This document shows positions 8,098-15,670 of a stretch of 64,000 nucleotides of DNA, in pieces (the first letter of the stretch is position 1; every line of letters begins with the position of its first letter). The stretch spans positions 186,001 to 250,000 of the IMG/VR virus record IMGVR_UViG_3300023174_000038; one strand, given 5' to 3'. The notes below the pieces were generated by a model, which had not been told where the DNA came from, did not search any database, and saw nothing but the letters and a program-made list of their open reading frames with translations. A program made the position numbers and the translations under genes.

Positions 8098-8179
8098 GTT
8101 ACGGAATATAATAAAGCCAAATTGATTGACAATCTGATATTAATCCTATTATAATGTTAAAAATTATATAGAAAGGTAT

Positions 8180-8503
8180 GTGATGGCAGGCAGATACATC
8201 GTTAGAAAATTTAAAAACGGAGTTAAGCATTTTTGGGATACTGATACAGGCAGTTGTATACACTGGTCTAAAGTCCAAGAGCGTATACCTAAAAAAGAAT
8301 TTGACAAATTATTTGAACAATTCAACAATAAACAACCAAAAAAAGAAAATGTTACTGAGCCACTTCCAAAACTATCTGAAATTTTGAGTGAAGTAATTAA
8401 CTTATATTCTGAAAAAATTTCAATAGAAGAAATAGTTGGAGCATTGGAGTTGTGCAAGACCCGTGCGTTAACAATGCATAAAATAAAAAAAATAAATCAA
8501 TGA
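8180..8503 (+). CDS. Hypothetical protein
   Basis: ORF after TTGACA-18-TATAAT (8126-8155) with AAGG SD. Confidence 0.65.
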   Translation: MMAGRYIVRKFKNGVKHFWDTDTGSCIHWSKVQERIPKKEFDKLFEQFNNKQPKKENVTEPLPKLSEILSEVINLYSEKISIEEIVGALELCKTRALTMHKIKKINQ

Positions 8504-8664
8504 GAGTGCCAGTTATGGGATAGACGATAGATTTGAGTCCCTGTCAATCTAGTCACAGTGGGGTTAACTGTGATGACACTATAGTATGATTTACGGGTGT
8601 ATAAACTTGCCTATACGAGACAATCTAACGAGGCTTACTAACAATAAGATAGTTAGGCTCCCTC
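8502..8664 (+). ncRNA. Candidate structured ncRNA C
   Basis: Hairpins TAGATT/AATCTA, TCACAGT/ACTGTGA, GTATA/TATAC, CTAAC/GTTAG; partial end pairing. Confidence 0.5.
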
Positions 8665-8671
8665 TTTTATC

Positions 8672-8746
8672 GGGTCCTTAGTTCAATGGATAGAATACGA
8701 TGCTTCGAACTTCGGGATGTGGGTTCAATTCCTGCAGGACCCGCCA
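8672..8746 (+). tRNA. tRNA-Arg(TCG)
   Basis: CGATG-CT TCG AA-CTTCG, acceptor GGGTCCT/AGGACCC-G-CCA. Confidence 0.88.
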
Positions 8747-8793
8747 TATGGCATTAAATACATATAGTGATAATAACAGAAAAGGAGTACTAC

Positions 8794-9354
8794 ATGGCTG
8801 TTCTAGCACTAGATATCTCGGGAGTTCCCCGGCAATGGATATCAAATGATGACGCAATTACCTATAAAGCAAAAGATGCCATAGCATGGTCAATGGGTAA
8901 TATTGTGGCTAAATATCGTGGTGGCATACAAAATGACGGTACATTAAGTTACTTAGAAGCTAATAGCATTATTGCTATCAAAGGTCATGGATTCAATCCA
9001 TACAAACACTCATGTGTTGCATTAACTAATAAAACATTGTTTGGTCGTGATAGACATGTATGTGCTTATTGCGGTGAACAGTTTCCAAACTATCATCTAT
9101 TAAGTCGTGACCACATTGTTCCACGTAGCAAAGGTGGTGAAAACACTTGGATGAATGTTGTTACCAGTTGTAAAACTTGTAACAGCAAAAAAGGACATAA
9201 GAGTTTAAAAGAAGTACGTATGGAATTACTATATGCACCTTATGTCCCAAACCACTACGAAAATATGATATTACAACATAGAACAATACTTGCTGACCAA
9301 ATGGAATATTTGTTAGCAGGTGTTCCAAAACATAGTAGAATATTATTAAGTTAG
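8794..9354 (+). CDS. HNH endonuclease family protein
   Basis: RDRHVCAYCG, SRDHIVPRSKGG, NVVTSCKTCNSKK; AAGGAG SD before ATG 8794. Confidence 0.9.
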   Translation: MAVLALDISGVPRQWISNDDAITYKAKDAIAWSMGNIVAKYRGGIQNDGTLSYLEANSIIAIKGHGFNPYKHSCVALTNKTLFGRDRHVCAYCGEQFPNYHLLSRDHIVPRSKGGENTWMNVVTSCKTCNSKKGHKSLKEVRMELLYAPYVPNHYENMILQHRTILADQMEYLLAGVPKHSRILLS

Positions 9355-9379
9355 TGTATAATACTATTAAATAAAATAC

Positions 9380-9454
9380 TCCCTTATAGCTCAGTGGTAG
9401 AGCAGCGCCCTTGTAAGGCGAAGGTCCCGTGTTCAAGTCATGGTGGGGGAACCA
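9380..9454 (+). tRNA. tRNA-Thr(TGT)
   Basis: CGCC-CT TGT AA-GGCG, CCA. Confidence 0.93.
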
Positions 9455-9461
9455 AATATAT

Positions 9462-9537
9462 TCTCTTGTAGCTCAGTCGGTAGAGCGTTTGACTGTTAAT
9501 CAAAATGTCCCTGGTTCGAGCCCAGGCAAGGGAGCCA
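9462..9537 (+). tRNA. tRNA-Asn(GTT)
   Basis: TTTGA-CT GTT AA-TCAAA, CCA. Confidence 0.95.
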
Positions 9538-9542
9538 AATTT

Positions 9543-10241
9543 ATGCATAAGATAAAAATATTCAGTCATATCATTGATACCCCAGATAGTTTAATGATTT
9601 TTAATAATCAATTCTCTTTACTTAAAGAAACTGGGTTACTAGACGTGGCATACAAAATATATCTATGCGTTAACGGAGAAGTATCTAAATTTGATACAAT
9701 ACAAGAATTAGCGAATCAATATCATAATGTAGAAATGATTCATACCAATACTAGTATTGAACATTATGAATATCCCACATTAAATTTTCTTAAAGAAAAT
9801 ATTGATAACGATACTGATTCTTATATTTTGTATTTTCATGTTAAAGGTGCTAGTAAAAACGAATCCAAAGATATACGTAATTGGCGTTTTCTATTAGAAT
9901 ACTATAATATCATAAAATATCAAACCTGTATAGATTATCTTAACAAGGGATATGATACAGTTGGTATACTATATAGAGAGGGTTTTCATAGTCAATGGCT
10001 ACACTATAGTGGAAACTTTTGGTGGGCTAATTCTAATCATATTAAGCGTTTACCTAAATTACCTCACCCATCTGATACATTAGGTGGCGGGAATAGTAAA
10101 ATTAGTATGTTGCCGTATATGAATGAAAACTTTAGATATGACCATGAAGCTTGGATAGGTTGTGTCAAACCCTGGAATTATATATCGTTGTTCCAAGATG
10201 ATATAGAAGAAGAAACACGTAGGATAATGAAATTATGTTAG
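9543..10241 (+). CDS. Hypothetical protein, possibly glycosyltransferase-like
   Basis: YEYPTL, LYFHVKG, HYSGNFWWA motifs; start moved past the tRNAs. Confidence 0.6.
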   Translation: MHKIKIFSHIIDTPDSLMIFNNQFSLLKETGLLDVAYKIYLCVNGEVSKFDTIQELANQYHNVEMIHTNTSIEHYEYPTLNFLKENIDNDTDSYILYFHVKGASKNESKDIRNWRFLLEYYNIIKYQTCIDYLNKGYDTVGILYREGFHSQWLHYSGNFWWANSNHIKRLPKLPHPSDTLGGGNSKISMLPYMNENFRYDHEAWIGCVKPWNYISLFQDDIEEETRRIMKLC

Positions 10242-10951
10242 TATCAGTAGACCCTTTTTATCATGTAACCATTGACAATTTTTTTGAGGAATCTTTAGCA
10301 GAAAAACTATCTAATGAATTTATTGATTATAATGATGAACGTTGGTTTTATTACAATAATGTTATTGAAAATAAAAAAACATTAAACGATTGGAGATTTT
10401 TACCCAAACATATATATCAAGCATTCACTCAGTTTTGCTCAGATGAATTTGTTAAAAAACTACAAGATATGACTGGTATAGAAAAATTGTATCCTGATTA
10501 TGGATTGCATGGTGGCGGCTGTCATATGCATGGTAGAAACGGTAAACTTAATATACATAGAGATTATTCTATACACCCTAAATTAGGATTAGAACGAAAG
10601 TTAAATCTTATTATATATCTATCTAAAGATTGGGATACGTCATGGGGAGGTGGATTAGAATTATGGTCACACGATGATGAAAACAATCAACCAAAAGAAA
10701 AAGTAAAAGAAGTAGAATGTGTTTTTAATCGTGCTGTACTTTTTGATACGACACAAGATTCTTGGCATGGTTTACCTGAACCCTTACGTTGTCCTGCAGG
10801 TGTCTATAGAAAAAGTTTAGCTATGTATTATATGACTAACCCTAGCCTAGAGGTTGACCCAAGACAACGGGCATTATTTGCACCCACAGAAAATCAGAAA
10901 AATGATATTGAAGTAAAAAACTTCATAGAAGAAAGAACAAAGCTTTCTTAA
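10235..10951 (+). CDS. 2OG-Fe(II) oxygenase
   Basis: HRD...LIIYL..WGGGLELW..FNRAVLF..SWHG..RKS. Confidence 0.88.
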   Translation: MLVSVDPFYHVTIDNFFEESLAEKLSNEFIDYNDERWFYYNNVIENKKTLNDWRFLPKHIYQAFTQFCSDEFVKKLQDMTGIEKLYPDYGLHGGGCHMHGRNGKLNIHRDYSIHPKLGLERKLNLIIYLSKDWDTSWGGGLELWSHDDENNQPKEKVKEVECVFNRAVLFDTTQDSWHGLPEPLRCPAGVYRKSLAMYYMTNPSLEVDPRQRALFAPTENQKNDIEVKNFIEERTKLS

Positions 10952-10954
10952 TAG

Positions 10955-11029
10955 CTGGCGTTAGTATAATGGATAATACAATCGGCTTCTACCCGATGAA
11001 TGTGGGTTCGATTCCTGCACGCCGGACCA
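10955..11029 (+). tRNA. tRNA-Arg(TCT)
   Basis: ATCGG-CT TCT AC-CCGAT, CCA. Confidence 0.92.
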
Positions 11030-11083
11030 AATAATATACGTATTTTATAGGTTAGAGATAAATACTCTAACCGAGGAGAGAGT

Positions 11084-11425
11084 ATGTGGAAATGTAAAAC
11101 ATGTGAAAAAGAAGGACAGGAACATTTTTATAAAAGCCAAGCTTGGTATTGTAAAAGTTGTTGGAATGTTCGTACGGCACACCGATCTAAAAACAATGTA
11201 AAAATTCTTAAAGAAGAATACGGTGGAAAATGCACCAAGTGTGGTTACAATAAATGCATGGATGCACTACAGTTTCACCATGTTGATCCTACTAAAAAGG
11301 AATTTTCATTAGGGTTAGCAAGACAAAAAAATTTAGATAAACTTAGAAAAGAGATGGACAAGTGTATTTTGGTTTGTAGTAATTGTCATATTGAAATTCA
11401 CCATGACATACATAAAAATAAATAA
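11084..11425 (+). CDS. HNH endonuclease with Zn-binding Cys pairs
   Basis: CxxC pairs, LQFHHVDP, CILVCSNCH. Confidence 0.85.
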   Translation: MWKCKTCEKEGQEHFYKSQAWYCKSCWNVRTAHRSKNNVKILKEEYGGKCTKCGYNKCMDALQFHHVDPTKKEFSLGLARQKNLDKLRKEMDKCILVCSNCHIEIHHDIHKNK

Positions 11426-11427
11426 AA

Positions 11428-11456
11428 TAGAGGTTCGATTCCTCTACGCCGGACCA
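11428..11456 (+). repeat. Duplicated 3' end (T arm and acceptor strand) of tRNA-Arg(TCT)
   Basis: AGAGGTTCGATTCCTCTACGCCGGACCA vs GTGGGTTCGATTCCTGCACGCCGGACCA at 11002-11029. Confidence 0.9.
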
Positions 11457-12035
11457 TTATTGAATTAGAAGTTGCCAATCTTCATTGCTATAGTGATAAT
11501 CTTCCAACACTTCTAGCATTCTTGCAAAGACAATTAATCCTCTTTTGTGATTAATTAATTCTATTTGATGTAATTTTATCTTCTTTTCAGCAAAAGTTTT
11601 TAATAAATTCTCACCCTCTTTTTTCAACTTAATTTTTTTTGAAACAATATTCAATTTGGCTATTAGATTGTTACATTCTACGATGGCAACAGAGGTTTGT
11701 TGTTGTAATGCACGTATTTCTATTTTCATTTTTAGTATTAAGTCATCAAATTCTGGGTTAATGTGTGGTAGAAATTGTGTTATCATAACAGACAGTCTAC
11801 CAAAGACTTCAGTATTAAGATTGAAGTCATCATAGTGATCACCTGTTGAATCATAGTGTTCACGTTTAGTTGGATCACTTAACACTTCATATGCTAATTT
11901 CATTCGCTTAAACTTTTCTACATCTCCTCCCTTGTCAGGATGATATAATTGTGCCAAGATTCTGTATTTTTGTTTGATTTCTTCAGACGTACAGGTTTTT
12001 GGTAATTCTAAATCATCGTATAGGGAGGTTGTCAT
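11457..12035 (-). CDS. DnaJ-domain protein
   Basis: LYDDLEL...YHPDKGG...AYEVLSDPTKREHYD. Confidence 0.88.
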   Translation of the reverse strand: MTTSLYDDLELPKTCTSEEIKQKYRILAQLYHPDKGGDVEKFKRMKLAYEVLSDPTKREHYDSTGDHYDDFNLNTEVFGRLSVMITQFLPHINPEFDDLILKMKIEIRALQQQTSVAIVECNNLIAKLNIVSKKIKLKKEGENLLKTFAEKKIKLHQIELINHKRGLIVFARMLEVLEDYHYSNEDWQLLIQ

Positions 12036-12088
12036 AACAATATTTATCATGAAATATTGCATGTAGTATTAAGTACTATGTTTAAAAT

Positions 12089-12198
12089 TTGACAATAAAT
12101 CCTCAATCTGCTATACTCTAGTTATAGATTGATTGAACAAGTTTTTGGGAAACAGTGAAACAAAAGAATTTGACAATAAATGGTAGTTATGATACAAT
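12089..12198 (+). promoter_or_regulatory. Two tandem sigma70-type promoters
   Basis: TTGACAATAAAT...TATACT and TTGACAATAAAT...TACAAT, 17-nt spacers. Confidence 0.75.
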
Positions 12199-12286
12199 CA
12201 TAGCATGAGTTGAGAAAGTCATCGTACTAATCAACAAGGTTCTTTAAAATTCTGAGTTATCATATAGCCCTGTTTAAGTTACAGGG

Positions 12287-12501
12287 ACTATATGAAAATA
12301 CATTAAGGTCACCTAATCCGTTAGGCAGGTCTATGGGGTCAGCCGGTGGACGACGCCGGGTCGCATAGGGTGCAAGAAGCGTATCGACAATAGCAATATT
12401 GTTTAACGTGACGGGCAGTTAGGCAGTAATGACAGAAACAACGATCCAGTAGACGGTACTGGTGGATACAGTTTACGTTCCTTAATGTGTTTTCATATAG
12501 T
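12287..12501 (+). ncRNA. Candidate structured ncRNA D (22-bp closing stem)
   Basis: ACTATATGAAAATACATTAAGG/CCTTAATGTGTTTTCATATAGT enclosing a GC-rich multibranch core. Confidence 0.65.
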
Positions 12502-12502
12502 G

Positions 12503-12629
12503 TGTTATTAGTTTTGCTGACGTAAGCGCCTGAGTAAACGTCAACTCTAACTAACTATGTATAGAAACGGTAAACTTGCAAATAATTCCGTTGAGCATAG
12601 CAAATAGTGCGTCAGCAAAACTAATAACA
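12503..12629 (+). ncRNA. Candidate structured ncRNA E (22-bp closing stem)
   Basis: TGTTATTAGTTTTGCTGACGTA/TGCGTCAGCAAAACTAATAACA, ends 1 nt before tRNA-Glu. Confidence 0.65.
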
Positions 12630-12630
12630 T

Positions 12631-12705
12631 GGAGCATTCGTCTATCGGTTAGGACATTAGGTTTTCATCCTAAGAAGAGGAGTTCGATTCTCCTATGCTC
12701 TTCCA
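12631..12705 (+). tRNA. tRNA-Glu(TTC)
   Basis: TTAGG-TT TTC AT-CCTAA, CCA. Confidence 0.93.
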
Positions 12706-12708
12706 AAG

Positions 12709-12905
12709 AATCCCGTTACTACTTTCGTTAAAGTAGCGTTTGAATAGCGATAGAGTTCCGGTGGCAGAAAACCGTTAGCGTGAGGATTAAAAATACCCTC
12801 GCAGGCTCTGATAGGCAGAATCTCAACTGCACACAGACTTTGAATAAATGGAGATGGACAGAGTAACTGCTCAATTAAGGGCTTGTGTGGAAACAAGTAG
12901 CTTAT
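12709..12905 (+). ncRNA. Candidate structured ncRNA F
   Basis: Hairpins CTACTTT/AAAGTAG, CGGT/ACCG, GCGTGAGG/CCTCGC, GAG-TAACTG-CTC, CTTGT/ACAAG. Confidence 0.5.
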
Positions 12906-12915
12906 ACTAATTTTT

Positions 12916-12978
12916 TGAGTTACATCGCCTTGATACTTCTCTCAGTAATGAGACACTAGGTCTTGCAACCGTAACTCA
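12916..12978 (+). ncRNA. Small tRNA-sized structured element G
   Basis: TGAGTTAC/GTAACTCA closing stem; inner TCTCA-GTAA-TGAGA. Confidence 0.4.
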
Positions 12979-12982
12979 TCTT

Positions 12983-13068
12983 GGAGATGTAGGAAAATTG
13001 GTAACCCCAGGAGACTGTAAATCTTCCGCCTTATGGCACTACTGGTTCAACTCCAGTCGTCTCCACCA
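12983..13068 (+). tRNA. tRNA-Tyr(GTA)
   Basis: GGAGA-CT GTA AA-TCTTC, variable arm, CCA. Confidence 0.93.
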
Positions 13069-13135
13069 AGAATATAGGAGGGTCGCTGGGCAGGCGTACT
13101 CTTAAACGACCTAGGCCAAAGGGGTGTCCTATTCT
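13069..13135 (+). ncRNA. Small structured element H
   Basis: ATAGGA/TCCTAT outer stem, GGGTCG/CGACCT inner stem. Confidence 0.4.
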
Positions 13136-13141
13136 GTGTTA

Positions 13142-13216
13142 GGTCTCAAAGTGTTCACGGACGCATACATGCCTGTCACGCATGAGGAGCGGGATCGTTA
13201 CCCGCTGGGACCGCCA
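13142..13216 (+). tRNA. tRNA-Asp(GTC), atypical T loop
   Basis: CATGC-CT GTC AC-GCATG; T loop ATCGTTA; GCCA end. Confidence 0.88.
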
Positions 13217-13262
13217 AAATATTTGACAACAATCATTGTATGATATATAGATAACAAGTTTT

Positions 13263-13347
13263 GCGAGTGTGGTGGAATCGGAATACACACAAGACTTAAA
13301 ATCTTGCGCCGCAAGGATTGAGGGTTCAAGTCCCTCCACTCGCACCA
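13263..13347 (+). tRNA. tRNA-Leu(TAA)
   Basis: CAAGA-CT TAA AA-TCTTG, variable arm, CCA. Confidence 0.95.
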
Positions 13348-13356
13348 AAGAATGAT

Positions 13357-13433
13357 GCCTCTATAGCGCAATTGGTTAGCGCAGCGGACTCATAATCCGT
13401 TGGTTCCTGGTTCGAGTCCAGGTGGAGGCACCA
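13357..13433 (+). tRNA. tRNA(CAT), probably Ile2 (lysidine type)
   Basis: GCGGA-CT CAT AA-TCCGT; context resembles proteobacterial tRNA-Ile2. Confidence 0.8.
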
Positions 13434-13441
13434 GTTAAGCA

Positions 13442-13533
13442 GGAGACGTGGCCGAGTGGCCGAAGGCAGCAGGTTGCTAACCTGTCGTATGTAGTAATAT
13501 GTACCGTGAGTTCGAATCTCACCGTCTCCACCA
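13442..13533 (+). tRNA. tRNA-Ser(GCT)
   Basis: GCAGG-TT GCT AA-CCTGT, long variable arm, CCA. Confidence 0.95.
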
Positions 13534-13534
13534 A

Positions 13535-13717
13535 TTAGCGATGGTTTGTTTTGTTTATGATTTGATGTAAGATGTTAGGATCATCACTCATCATCCTAGC
13601 TAGTAAACCAGTAAGATAACCCCGTTCATATAATAATTGTTCGTGGCTATCTTTGTAATTACGTTTGTTTTGACGCAACAACTTTTCAACAACATCAATA
13701 CAGTTTTGTAGTTCCAT
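13535..13717 (-). CDS. Small hypothetical protein (MELQNC...)
   Basis: TAAATA 4 nt upstream of ATG 13717. Confidence 0.6.
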   Translation of the reverse strand: MELQNCIDVVEKLLRQNKRNYKDSHEQLLYERGYLTGLLARMMSDDPNILHQIINKTNHR

Positions 13718-13732
13718 ACTGTATTTATAAAA

Positions 13733-13930
13733 GAACGTTCCGGGTGTCTCCGGATAGTGTGACCCACACGATGAGAAGTAGTGTGACAACTACGGGTGGT
13801 AGTCTTTAAACCGAAAGGCCGCTAGCAATGCGAGAACGGTCCCTGTCGGGAAGCGGGTGGAAGGAGTGTGTGATGGGTATGATAGCGTCATATCTTGATA
13901 CTCTATAATTACCGCCGGGGGATGCAGAGC
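13733..13930 (+). ncRNA. Candidate structured ncRNA I
   Basis: GC-rich; hairpins TCCGG/CCGGA, GTGTG/CACAC, GTAGT/ACTAC, TATGA/TCATA; TCCCT/GGGGA. Confidence 0.55.
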
Positions 13931-13936
13931 ATATAT

Positions 13937-14014
13937 GCAACGGTGGCAGAGTGGTCCAATGCAACGGATTGCAAATCCGTAAAACCGTCAGTTCAAATCT
14001 GACCCGTTGCTCCA
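13937..14014 (+). tRNA. tRNA-Cys(GCA)
   Basis: ACGGA-TT GCA AA-TCCGT, U73-CCA. Confidence 0.93.
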
Positions 14015-14019
14015 AACAA

Positions 14020-14184
14020 TTATAGTGCTTGTATAAAAGCAAGTGCTGTTTCAATATTATTGAAGAATTTCATAGTCAATTTGAAATTGTCAACATCAAA
14101 TACCATAATGTAAAATGTATGTTCAGCACTCATTGATAAGTGTATAACAAGTCCTGTTTTCGTGATAGCGTCATATATGTACAT
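14020..14184 (-). CDS. Small hypothetical protein (MYIYDAITK...)
   Basis: TAAATA 5 nt upstream of ATG 14184; longer ORF overlaps tRNA-Gly. Confidence 0.55.
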   Translation of the reverse strand: MYIYDAITKTGLVIHLSMSAEHTFYIMVFDVDNFKLTMKFFNNIETALAFIQAL

Positions 14185-14196
14185 AAATATATTTAT

Positions 14197-14270
14197 GCGG
14201 GGTTCGTATAGTGGTAATACCTCAGCCTTCCAAGCTGATGCGGAGAGTTCGATTCTCTTACCCCGCTCCA
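14197..14270 (+). tRNA. tRNA-Gly(TCC)
   Basis: TCAGC-CT TCC AA-GCTGA, U73-CCA. Confidence 0.95.
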
Positions 14271-14286
14271 TTATTATAAATATCAT

Positions 14287-14817
14287 ATGAAATTACTATT
14301 TGTGCCATTAGATATAAAAGTCACTGATATCAACTTTGATTTAGGTGAAAAACAAAACTATCACATAAATCATTGGGAAACATTTGATGTTATTGGGAAA
14401 GAAAATAATTATCAAAACTATAACAGTTTATTAAATCAACTTCCAATAACGGATATCACTATCTTTACACATAAGATTCAAAAAACTAAAATTGGACCTC
14501 ATTATGATTATCATGGTTTGCATGATGAATTATATAAACATTTCAAAGAAAATGAGCCAGCCGGCTATCATGTAGTTTTAAAAGGTAAAGGTGACTCATT
14601 AGAAATTTTTAACGGCAAAGAATGGATTAACCCTATATTACCTAAAGTGCCTATAGCATACTTACTAAATTTAACTTCTTGCATACATAGAGTAAAAGAA
14701 GATAATTCAAGAGAAACACTGTATATACAAGGTTGGTTAGATATTAAAAAACATAATCAATTAATAGAACGCAGTTTAAAACAATATGGCAATCTAGCAG
14801 TATATAGCCAAGCTTAA
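14287..14817 (+). CDS. Hypothetical protein, possible double-stranded beta-helix oxygenase
   Basis: PHYD...IHRV...R pattern; TATAAATA upstream. Confidence 0.5.
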   Translation: MKLLFVPLDIKVTDINFDLGEKQNYHINHWETFDVIGKENNYQNYNSLLNQLPITDITIFTHKIQKTKIGPHYDYHGLHDELYKHFKENEPAGYHVVLKGKGDSLEIFNGKEWINPILPKVPIAYLLNLTSCIHRVKEDNSRETLYIQGWLDIKKHNQLIERSLKQYGNLAVYSQA

Positions 14818-15093
14818 TTATTTACCAATTCTATTTAAAATGTTCATTGCTCTGGTTCTTAACCGTTCAGTAAATTCTGATTCAGTTAATGCTCCTTTAG
14901 CAAGATTACATTTTCTACAAGTTACTTGAAGATTATTATACGTGGTTTCTCCACCTTTACTTTCAGCAATCACATGATCTATGTGTATTTCTTTATCGGA
15001 TAAGTCTTCATCACAATAGACACACCATTTTCCGTCCCTTTCAATAACTCTACGACGTAGGTTAAGAGGGATGTATTGTTTCTTTTGTAGCAT
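14818..15093 (-). CDS. HNH endonuclease
   Basis: RDGKWCVYC, HIDHVIAESKGG, NLQVTCRKCNLAK. Confidence 0.9.
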   Translation of the reverse strand: MLQKKQYIPLNLRRRVIERDGKWCVYCDEDLSDKEIHIDHVIAESKGGETTYNNLQVTCRKCNLAKGALTESEFTERLRTRAMNILNRIGK

Positions 15094-15158
15094 AAATTTA
15101 TTTAGCTACCCAAATATAGTAGACAGATAAATAGTTTTCTGTTATTATGAATAATAAA

Positions 15159-15243
15159 GCGGACGTGGCGTAATTGGCAGCCGCACCAGATTTAGGTTCT
15201 GGCGTCGTAAGATGTGTGAGTTCGAGTCTCACCGTCCGCACCA
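15159..15243 (+). tRNA. tRNA-Leu(TAG)
   Basis: CCAGA-TT TAG GT-TCTGG, CCA. Confidence 0.95.
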
Positions 15244-15247
15244 AACA

Positions 15248-15321
15248 GGGGGATTGATGTAATGGGAGCCTGGGACCTTTGCAAGGTCTTCGTAACAGTT
15301 CGATTCTGTTATCCTCCACCA
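15248..15321 (+). tRNA. tRNA-Ala(TGC)
   Basis: GGACC-TT TGC AA-GGTCT; G3:U70; CCA. Confidence 0.9.
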
Positions 15322-15327
15322 AGATAG

Positions 15328-15402
15328 CGCGGGGTAGAGAAGTAGTAACTCATCAGGCTCATAACCTGAAGATCGGCGGTGCGAATCCGTCCCCCGCATC
15401 CA
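15328..15402 (+). tRNA. Initiator tRNA-fMet(CAT)
   Basis: CGCGGGG/CCCCGCA with C1:A72 mismatch; TCAGG-CT CAT AA-CCTGA. Confidence 0.9.
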
Positions 15403-15406
15403 GTTA

Positions 15407-15483
15407 CGGAGTGTGGCGCAGTCTGGTAGCGCACCTGGTTTGGGACCAGGGGGTCCAAGGTTCGAATCCTTGTACTCCGACCA
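15407..15483 (+). tRNA. tRNA-Pro(TGG)
   Basis: CCTGG-TT TGG GA-CCAGG, CCA. Confidence 0.95.
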
Positions 15484-15505
15484 ATGTTTTTAAAAAGGAA
15501 ATAGT

Positions 15506-15670
15506 ATGACATGCAGAGGATATGATGCGAAAGCAGTGAAAGTTTCAAAGACAGTTAAACGTGCCGCGGCAAAAATTATGGACAACCATAAGCGTGGTGA
15601 CTTTATTCGTAGTTATGTAGAGATTGAAAGAAGTAATTCACGTACAGGTTCTCGTAAGGATAGCAAATGA
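15506..15670 (+). CDS. Small basic hypothetical protein (MTCRGYDAK...)
   Basis: 54-aa ORF with AAGGA SD. Confidence 0.55.
   Translation: MTCRGYDAKAVKVSKTVKRAAAKIMDNHKRGDFIRSYVEIERSNSRTGSRKDSK

Noticed and set aside
11030-11456. Integrated prophage or island with attL/attR
   Set aside because: Only about 400 bp with one HNH gene and no integrase.
12287-13930. tmRNA, RNase P RNA, SRP RNA or a known riboswitch
   Set aside because: No tRNA-Ala-like ends, no GAGGAAAGUCC, and no aptamer consensus that I could recognise.
12693-15548. ORFs 12693-12896, 13139-13348, 13806-14054, 15098-15322, 15279-15509 and 15309-15548
   Set aside because: Shadow frames over tRNAs or structured RNA.
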